A DNA stretch of 64,000 nt, from assembly GCA_000002435.2 (NCBI GenBank), contig CM018793.1, one strand, 5' to 3'. Under the pieces are notes generated by a model. The model saw only the letters and a program-made list of their open reading frames with translations, searched no databases and had not been told where the DNA came from. The position numbers and the translations under genes are program-made. Origin of the DNA: Giardia intestinalis. Lineage: Eukaryota. Of this stretch, positions 57,412 to 64,000 are shown in pieces; positions within the stretch are counted from its first letter, which is position 1, and every line of letters begins with the position of its first letter.

Positions 57412-58353
57412 TCACGCTTTGGCTAGATTGCGTTGAACGCGATACCATAACCCATCAACATTGATGTCTCCATAGATAAGGGCGTACACGCGCTCGGAAG
57501 ACAGCTTGACACCGTACTCGTCTAAATATTTCTGAATGATACCCATGTACTTGGATTTGACCTCATCACGACCTTTACTTGCCGCGATAAGGGCTTCATA
57601 GTCATCCAGCTGGCGCAGTATGCAGTCCCAGCGACGCTGAAGTGAATTCTTCTCGGCACAATCAAAATGAGTAGCAATCAGATAGTCAACGTCAAGCTTG
57701 CTGACGATGTCGACAGTCTTGCGCCATGCTGTAGCATCAAACTGCGTTGGCGTTGTGCAAAGCAGTGGGCAGAAGTTGATTTCGCTGAACGAAAAGCCGA
57801 GGCCATCACCCGCAAAGAGGATCTTCAGTGCCTCTGAGTAGAAGACAGCGTGGTGAAAGGCGTGTCCATGAGCGTGGATGACGCGAAGCTTGAGTAGTGA
57901 AGACGCAGCCCCGTAGACGGAGCCATCTTCGGCGCTGATCATGCGGTCGGCGGGCATTCCAACGATCCCTGGATAGTCTTGATTGAAGACCTGTTCGCCA
58001 TATACCTGTATCGCTGCTGGCACTAACTTGTCATGAGGATCAATTATGTGGGGGGCAGCCGCTGGATGTGCCACCACGGTACAGTTGGGCAGGGACTGCA
58101 ATATAAGCCCAGTCCCACCACTGTGATCCAGATGTGCGTGAGTAATGAACATATACTTGACGTTGTTGCAGTCTATCCCCAGCTCTTTTAGGGCATTGAG
58201 TGTGTGAGGAACTGAAATAGTCGACCCCGCCTCGACCAGAATCGCTTCTTCACCGTCCCGAATGATAGTAACTCCGCACATCTTATCGCGAAGGAATTTG
58301 GTGTCCACAACATACACGTGGTTGGGGATAACTGTGCATACGTCCTCCGGCAT
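57412..58353 (-). CDS. metallo-beta-lactamase-fold hydrolase, 313 aa
   Basis: Track start 58476 is GTG; first ATG 58353 (MPEDVCTV...) preceded by caatataaaattg. Zn-binding motif FITHAHLDHSGGTGL (HxHxDH), plus downstream H/D residues (HAHGHAFHH). Confidence 0.7.
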   Translation of the reverse strand: MPEDVCTVIPNHVYVVDTKFLRDKMCGVTIIRDGEEAILVEAGSTISVPHTLNALKELGIDCNNVKYMFITHAHLDHSGGTGLILQSLPNCTVVAHPAAAPHIIDPHDKLVPAAIQVYGEQVFNQDYPGIVGMPADRMISAEDGSVYGAASSLLKLRVIHAHGHAFHHAVFYSEALKILFAGDGLGFSFSEINFCPLLCTTPTQFDATAWRKTVDIVSKLDVDYLIATHFDCAEKNSLQRRWDCILRQLDDYEALIAASKGRDEVKSKYMGIIQKYLDEYGVKLSSERVYALIYGDINVDGLWYRVQRNLAKA

Positions 58354-58424
58354 CAATTTTATATTGAAAAGGGAAACAAATTGACCCACCGAATGACACA
58401 ATTCACAGCTTGCCAAAGGGACAC

Positions 58425-61400
58425 CTATAAACGATATTGGAGAACACTCTCTAGGTCTGTCACAAAGTCCTTCCACTTAAATCCGCTTGTGAACCCGACC
58501 CGGTCCGTTTTATAATAGTCCTGGAGTGTGGCAACTTGGCTTTGATTAAGATTTGCGTGCATAAATGTAAGAGCACTTCCAAGCTTGGACATCTCACAGA
58601 TTCCCATGCGACCCTTATCGAAATTGACGAAGTAGCTCCGAACCTGGGGGCGATAGTTTCTACAGACCTCACCCAATTGCTCCAAAATTCCCTGAAGACT
58701 TGCATCGTACTTTTGCTTATTTGCTGCGTTAGCGAATTCCCTCTTGACAGTCGCATAGTCCTCCTTCTTCGGACGTTCCTGTTCACCATACTTCAGTCTC
58801 TTTAGCTCGATGGCTTCTTCTGGGGAGAGGAATATTGACGAGTCTGGGGGGAGGGAGAGATCTCTGAGGAAAAAGGCATAATCAACCATGCCCAGATAAA
58901 TCGATGAACTGTCAACACACGTATAAAGCTCCATAAGAAACTTAAACGACAGCGGGTAAGCATCAGTGATCTTCTCCATGTTAGCAATAACGAAGGCCCT
59001 GGCAAAGTTATCTTTGCTGACAAATCCCGTGCGTAACTTGTCAAACTCTCGGAAGGCATCCAAAGGTCTGCCAGCCCGCTGGTGAAAGTCTATATAAATC
59101 GAGAGGATGATTGGACTTGCTCTTTGCACCAGCATGAAAAGCCTTTCATTGTTATCAGATGTCACTGAAGACACGGCTTGAGAGAACGACATCGTTCCTT
59201 GACATGTCGTTTGTAGGTCCACTTCCCCGTTCTTTACCTGAAGGGAGAAGCGCTTGAGGTCTCCAATCGAGAACCATTGACCCTTGATGGTTACCCGCTC
59301 GTTGTCATTCAGATTTTTGAATTCGCTACAGTCACCAATGTTGTCGTACTGCTTGTTTGAAGCAGACACGTTGTTGAAAATATCGTTGACTGCTGCAGGG
59401 TCTGTTCTTGTGGTCGAATCCAGACTGGGTTTTACCTTGTAGGAGGTTCCTGTCATACGCGTTGGCTTCCACGCGTCAAATGCCTTCTGAATATCTGCGA
59501 CTAACTTGCCTGTGCATAGCTCCGCATGATCAATGCTATTTGTTATACGGTCTAAGTCCAAATTCTTGCGCAAGATTCTACTAGGATATGGAGTGCTGTA
59601 AGTTGCCTGTGTGGACGGGTTGGTAACATCATGTTCAACAAGTGACGCTGGATACATATAGGCTAACGTCTTTGTCTCGTCTATCGGATTTGGAAAGGCA
59701 TATCCCAGGGAAAGCATCTCAGCATCTGTGAGGGTTATATCGAGACTATAGGACAAAGACCGCTGAATGTTGCGAAGATTGACACAGCCAATAATAGACT
59801 TTGGTCGCAGAGCGTCACCAAATTCACCTAACGCAAGGAAATCTGCAATCTTCAGGTTGCGGACCTGCAAGGAATTCGCAATCTTGTAAACGACGTCATC
59901 TGGGTGGGGGAGTAGGTAATCATTGATATCATGTGGCCGCCTAACAGCCTCACGATCGGGAATTATGTCATCGCAGCGATTCGAAATGAAGTCTATAAAG
60001 TTATTATAATTAACATAGAGGCCTCCCTTTGCCAAGACAGCTGGTGTGCTCGGCGGCTGCTCCACTGTACCCCGTCCAGAAACAGTGGAAGAGGCAAACA
60101 TCTCTGCAAGCCTCTCTAGTTCCGCATCTGTCAGACCGTTGTTCTTTCTGATGAATGGAGAAGTACGAACCTTGGTGTCCACAGGGATGCAGGAGGGTGT
60201 GTAGCTTTCTGGAGTTATGGAAACTATCCCCGATAGAGCTTGCTTGAACTGATGAGACGTTATCACACCCGTATGTCTTTTATCAAATATAGAAAAATGC
60301 TGCAGGAGAGGAGCAGGATGTGCATGTAAGTATGCCTGCAACTTCCTAACAAGATCATAATCGATAGGTTTGCTGTTAAACGTAAATGCTTTCTCTCTCG
60401 GTACAGGTAAATTTGCGGTGTTGGTTTTGTCAAAGTGGTGTCCTGCGTTGGAAACAAATGTGTTAATAGCCTCTGACATTGTAGACTTGGAGGGGGCGTC
60501 GAGGGTTGCATTCTGGATAGCTGCCAAAAAGCTACGGTAGTTAACAGGAAGGCCCTCTGGGTCTGATGTGTTAAGAGGATCACTAACTAAGAACTGCTTT
60601 GCAGCTTCCTCGATGTCCACAAACTCCACGTTCGACCGCCCAGAGTCGGTCAGGGCAGAGGCTAAGGCAGAGCAGAAGTCACGATACGGAAGAGTCCCTC
60701 TATTCATTGTATCACGGGCCAAGAGAAATGTTTTAAAGTCTGGGCGAAACTTGAGCCACGCATCCAACACTCTCTTGAGCCCAGTGTTTCCGACGAAATC
60801 TGGCCGACCAGTTCCGTCAAAATATTTTGCAAACCCCTTGTCGAAGGGACGAGACGCAGCTTTAGCATCCAGCATCAGATCCCCCTCGTCTGCATTGATG
60901 GCAGAGACAAAGATTCTGTAATCACAAATAGTCTCCACAGATTTATGGGAATCGGAAAACTCTTTTCTGACATCCTCAGTCTCCGTTTGGGTGGTTGTGG
61001 GAAACTCGACCAGTCGTTTTGCTTTAAAGGCCTTTGCTAGGAGCTCAAGCTGCTCCTTCGTGGGGAACTTACGTATAAGGGCCTCCCACATATTTGATGT
61101 ACCGCGCATGAACTGATTGGCGGTCACAAGCCCTGTCTTATGCAAGTCAAAATCTTGGTAGAATAGTTTCCCAATGATGGGTCTGCAGTGGACCCAGTGC
61201 CGCAGCTGCTCCAGAAGCTCTCTGCACTGGCGGTCCTCCTCGGGAGTCAAGTGGTCTAGCTCCAAATCCGGAACGACTAGCGTGGAATAGACGGCAGTAG
61301 TTCCCGCGAGAGAGCCTTTGGGTGCCAGAGAAGGGTCTAAGAGAGGCGTCTCAAGTTCATCAACCACGTCTTGATAACAGATCTCCCGTGGGTATGTGGC

Positions 61401-61601
61401 AGTCGCATACTTCTGCTCTAAATAGTAGCGTTCGCTATCGGTGAAAATAAGACCCATCGATTCTAAAGCCCGAAAGAACTGATCCACGGACACAAAACCC
61501 CTGCGCAATTTATCAAAATCTTGGAGGAACTCAAGGATGCGGGGCCTGCGCGTGTACATGATTGTTTTGATGCGTACAAGTGGGTCTTGCTGCTGTTGCA
61601 T
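58425..61601 (-). CDS. protein built of repeated degenerate EF-hand-like pairs (EFCAB6/EFHB-like, possibly flagellar), 1058 aa
   Basis: ATG 61601. At least five repeats of the pattern F-x-x-F-D-K-x-x-x-G-x-V/I-x-x-x-x-F: ILEFLQDFDKLRRGFVSVDQFFRAL, LQHFSIFDKRHTGVITSHQFKQAL, DAFREFDKLRTGFVSKDNFARAF, RSYFVNFDKGRMGICEMSKLGSAL, FYQDFDLHKTGLVTANQFMRG. Confidence 0.55.
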   Translation of the reverse strand: MQQQQDPLVRIKTIMYTRRPRILEFLQDFDKLRRGFVSVDQFFRALESMGLIFTDSERYYLEQKYATATYPREICYQDVVDELETPLLDPSLAPKGSLAGTTAVYSTLVVPDLELDHLTPEEDRQCRELLEQLRHWVHCRPIIGKLFYQDFDLHKTGLVTANQFMRGTSNMWEALIRKFPTKEQLELLAKAFKAKRLVEFPTTTQTETEDVRKEFSDSHKSVETICDYRIFVSAINADEGDLMLDAKAASRPFDKGFAKYFDGTGRPDFVGNTGLKRVLDAWLKFRPDFKTFLLARDTMNRGTLPYRDFCSALASALTDSGRSNVEFVDIEEAAKQFLVSDPLNTSDPEGLPVNYRSFLAAIQNATLDAPSKSTMSEAINTFVSNAGHHFDKTNTANLPVPREKAFTFNSKPIDYDLVRKLQAYLHAHPAPLLQHFSIFDKRHTGVITSHQFKQALSGIVSITPESYTPSCIPVDTKVRTSPFIRKNNGLTDAELERLAEMFASSTVSGRGTVEQPPSTPAVLAKGGLYVNYNNFIDFISNRCDDIIPDREAVRRPHDINDYLLPHPDDVVYKIANSLQVRNLKIADFLALGEFGDALRPKSIIGCVNLRNIQRSLSYSLDITLTDAEMLSLGYAFPNPIDETKTLAYMYPASLVEHDVTNPSTQATYSTPYPSRILRKNLDLDRITNSIDHAELCTGKLVADIQKAFDAWKPTRMTGTSYKVKPSLDSTTRTDPAAVNDIFNNVSASNKQYDNIGDCSEFKNLNDNERVTIKGQWFSIGDLKRFSLQVKNGEVDLQTTCQGTMSFSQAVSSVTSDNNERLFMLVQRASPIILSIYIDFHQRAGRPLDAFREFDKLRTGFVSKDNFARAFVIANMEKITDAYPLSFKFLMELYTCVDSSSIYLGMVDYAFFLRDLSLPPDSSIFLSPEEAIELKRLKYGEQERPKKEDYATVKREFANAANKQKYDASLQGILEQLGEVCRNYRPQVRSYFVNFDKGRMGICEMSKLGSALTFMHANLNQSQVATLQDYYKTDRVGFTSGFKWKDFVTDLESVLQYRL

Positions 61602-61718
61602 TGCTTGCGGCAGCCCTCTAGAATTTTTGATTTTTGTTTGGCAAAGATTAGTTGCGGCGAGCGACCGGAAAATTAGTTTATTGAACTGCCTGTTCTGTGA
61701 AGCACCACATAGCTTAGC

Positions 61719-64000
61719 TTATTCAAATAGCACAGAATCTGCCGGCTTGAATGGAGTAGCGCCGGAAAAATAGCTTCCTGTGTTCGTCGTTTGTGCAGTG
61801 ATAGCAGCAAATGCTTGCTTTTGTTGCTGAAGAAAAAGGTCGGTCGGCAGTGGCTTCAGCTTGGGCTGGTGGTTGTTTTCTGCTTCTATGAGTCGGTGCA
61901 AATGTGGCAAAAACATCTCAACAGTAAATAACTGCTTGCGTTCCGGTTGCTTAGGTATCGATGCGGAGTCTTCATTGTTGGGATCGGGCTCTGAAACTGG
62001 CTCCTCCCCTTGAGATGATGTTAAATCTACAATCCCGATTGTGTTAGAAGGTGCTGAATTGGTAGAAGCATTGACCGAGGGATATTCGGTCAACAAGGAA
62101 GCATTTTGAACACTTGAGTTGCTCTGCTCACCGATAGGTTTCTTCGTTATAAACGGTGGGTCCAAGGTGGCCGATAATTGAGGAACAGGTGCTAGCACAG
62201 AGCTATTTGATTGGCACAGTAAGTTGCTTTCCAAGACAGAGAATGCGTCTGTAAGATTCCTAATCCCAGAGTATTGCGGCGCCAGCTCGTAGCCCTTGCT
62301 GTGGGTAAGACATTTGCGATCTGCTTTCCACTGACAAACCTCGTTCCCAAATGACCAGAGTCCATTTGCTTTCAGAGATCCAGGGTTGGATATGTCGATA
62401 TGAAGAAGCGTTTCATGGAAGCTCATGGCCCTTTGGTCGGCTCGGATGCGACCTCGTGCATACCCCGTTAGCCTTATCCCGTCTATGGTTCTAAGCCTAC
62501 TGAGCGCTACGTATGCCTGTCCAGGACTGAATGCTTTTTCAATATTGATAATTGCTGTATCTAGAGTCATTCCTTGGCACTTGTGGATAGACAAAGCATA
62601 TGCTAGTCCAAGGGGTATCTGAGTGCGTTTTCCTATCACATCATCGTTGCCCTTCTTGATTTCGTACGTGACTGGGTGTATTTGTTGGACTTGATTACCG
62701 ATTTGCACCTCCACCACTACCATCCGCATCCCCACGTTTAGGGTTATCTCATTAGTGCCGGAAGAAAGCTCACCATTAAAGTCAGATCGGTAAAGATCTG
62801 ATGCAGCATTGCGCTTAACGCGACTGCCCTCCTTGGACCAGAAGTAAAAGATATCTTTAACGACACACTGACGACCGTTACACAGACCTCGCTGCACATC
62901 TATGTTCTTTGTTATTATAACTTGGGCTCCAATGGAGATACTAATCACCGGCGGCGGGTCCATCAGATGCTGATGATCAGAAAGGTTCTCGTCAACCGCT
63001 TGCAACTTGAATACTATCTGCTTCCCCTTTAGCAGGTTGCTATTGTTATATTCATCAACGGCCTGTCTGTGAGTATATAGTCTAACAGGAAAGGATGGGG
63101 ACACATACGTTGTCCGGATCTTTTTAACCTCTAGCTCGCATCGCCTACGGTTGATGTGAATTAGATTTAAAAGCATGTGTCTGAAAGATAGGTCATCAGT
63201 GACATCGTCAAGCTTCTCCAGGGCAAATTGACGCTCCTCCTCTGTTTTCTGACTCTCATTCTCTAGGCGCTCAAGTTCTGTAGAGTATTCTTTATACGCC
63301 TTCTCAGATATCTTGTCATGCTCATTGTTCAGCTCATTTTCATGAATCAAGAGAGATTGTAACAAACTATCAGTCTGATTGGAAACACAGCCTATGCGTG
63401 TTTCGTTAAGCATGTTTATAAAACTCTTGTCCGACTGCCGAAAGCAATGTGTCAGTGATGCCTTAAGAGGAATCAACTGAAAAGCCGTTGCTTCAAAGAG
63501 CCACACTAGAGGGTTGTTGGACCTCACCACTGGAGGAAGCTGAAGAAAGTCTCCGCAAAGGATCAACTGGAGTCCACCGAAAAATGACTTGGATGCGCCT
63601 CCACGTAGGTGCCTGGCAACATACTCCAGGCAGTCGAAGTATGTGCCCTGCAGCATAGAGCATTCGTCAATGATGAGGACAGTGGCCTCCACCCACCGCT
63701 TCCTGGTCTGCTTTACACGGCGTACGCGTGCAAGCATATCGGGGAATTTCTGCTCTGTCAAGTTTTCATCCAAAAAACCTGCAAAGCTTTGAATGGTGCA
63801 GCCTGAAATGTTAACAGCTGCTGTTCCTGTGGGCGCCGTCACAACGATCTTCTCATTATCATCCAGCCTGCTTAGCCCTTTAATGATAGCACGTAAAAGA
63901 TGAGATTTTCCCGTTCCTGCAGAGCCTGAGAAGAAGAGGGACTTGCGTCGAACCACAGCTGCATTGAACAATAGTTTCTGCTCAAATGAGAGATCAGTAT
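61719..64000 (-). CDS. PIF1: PIF1-family 5'-3' DNA helicase with about 300-aa C-terminal extension; 5'-partial (runs off window end)
   Basis: Track start 63971 is TTG and the frame stays open to position 64000. PIF1 motifs: FFSGSAGTGKSHLL (motif I), VVTAPTGTAAVNI (Ia), LIIDECSMLQG (II), FLQLPPV (III), further KCQGMTLD / ALSR-type motifs downstream. Confidence 0.8.
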   Translation of the reverse strand, partial: TDLSFEQKLLFNAAVVRRKSLFFSGSAGTGKSHLLRAIIKGLSRLDDNEKIVVTAPTGTAAVNISGCTIQSFAGFLDENLTEQKFPDMLARVRRVKQTRKRWVEATVLIIDECSMLQGTYFDCLEYVARHLRGGASKSFFGGLQLILCGDFLQLPPVVRSNNPLVWLFEATAFQLIPLKASLTHCFRQSDKSFINMLNETRIGCVSNQTDSLLQSLLIHENELNNEHDKISEKAYKEYSTELERLENESQKTEEERQFALEKLDDVTDDLSFRHMLLNLIHINRRRCELEVKKIRTTYVSPSFPVRLYTHRQAVDEYNNSNLLKGKQIVFKLQAVDENLSDHQHLMDPPPVISISIGAQVIITKNIDVQRGLCNGRQCVVKDIFYFWSKEGSRVKRNAASDLYRSDFNGELSSGTNEITLNVGMRMVVVEVQIGNQVQQIHPVTYEIKKGNDDVIGKRTQIPLGLAYALSIHKCQGMTLDTAIINIEKAFSPGQAYVALSRLRTIDGIRLTGYARGRIRADQRAMSFHETLLHIDISNPGSLKANGLWSFGNEVCQWKADRKCLTHSKGYELAPQYSGIRNLTDAFSVLESNLLCQSNSSVLAPVPQLSATLDPPFITKKPIGEQSNSSVQNASLLTEYPSVNASTNSAPSNTIGIVDLTSSQGEEPVSEPDPNNEDSASIPKQPERKQLFTVEMFLPHLHRLIEAENNHQPKLKPLPTDLFLQQQKQAFAAITAQTTNTGSYFSGATPFKPADSVLFE

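Noticed and set aside
1-64000. Prokaryotic reading of the window (operons, defence/CRISPR systems, phage or transposon cargo)
   Set aside because: Gene families are eukaryotic (ankyrin/coiled-coil, hydin, SF3a60, LAMMER kinase, PIF1, cathepsin B, prominin-like). Every true start is an ATG preceded by a short AT-rich initiator. AGTRAAY poly(A) signals sit on stop codons. No Shine-Dalgarno-like spacing, no direct-repeat/spacer arrays, no integrase/transposase/RT motifs seen.

Overview
The window reads as a eukaryotic, intron-poor, very compact chromosome segment, almost certainly from Giardia (a diplomonad). The evidence is in the sequence itself.

- One ORF (15969..17246) is a textbook variant-specific surface protein (VSP). 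It has a signal peptide, about 16 CXXC motifs, GGCY motifs, a C-terminal TM helix and the invariant CRGKA tail. The VSP-type extended poly(A) signal ACTTAGGTAGTAAAC overlaps its stop codon.
- Several other genes carry the Giardia AGTRAAY poly(A) signal on or just after the stop codon (cathepsin B, guanylate kinase, MATE-like ORF).
- AT-rich 20-60 bp initiator regions abut the ATG of nearly every gene.
- Intergenic spacers are tens of bp, with convergent 3' overlaps.

Nothing supports a prokaryotic operon, defence island, CRISPR array or mobile element.

The supplied ORF track uses alternative start codons. Several listed 'M' starts are really GTG or TTG (839, 15936, 26604, 53537, 58476, 63971). 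I reset these to the first in-frame ATG.

Gene content, left to right:
- Rpp30/Rpp1-like RNase P protein (partial, off the left edge)
- a small hypothetical gene
- four ankyrin-repeat proteins typical of the Giardia 21.1 family, three with long coiled coils
- a DEAH-box helicase
- a LAMMER/CLK kinase
- a DIS3-like RNB exoribonuclease
- the VSP
- an SF3a60/Prp9-like splicing factor
- a 1257-aa prominin/Tweety-like pentaspan membrane protein
- a MATE-transporter-like C-terminal-half ORF
- a cathepsin B protease
- a thiolase
- a 6458-aa single-exon hydin-like flagellar giant with an embedded adenylate-kinase-like P-loop
- guanylate kinase
- an RRM-like small protein
- a 1278-aa orphan
- an MBL-fold hydrolase
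- a protein of repeated degenerate EF-hand pairs
- a PIF1 helicase (partial, off the right edge)

The loci least explained by the gene models:
- a 2.2-kb ORF-poor block immediately upstream of the VSP
- a roughly 1-kb GC-rich (about 60-65% by eye) orphan block at 21.8-22.8 kb, which ends in a degenerate VSP-like poly(A) motif
- the MATE half-gene

I cannot run searches, so all product calls rest on motif-level recognition and are graded accordingly.
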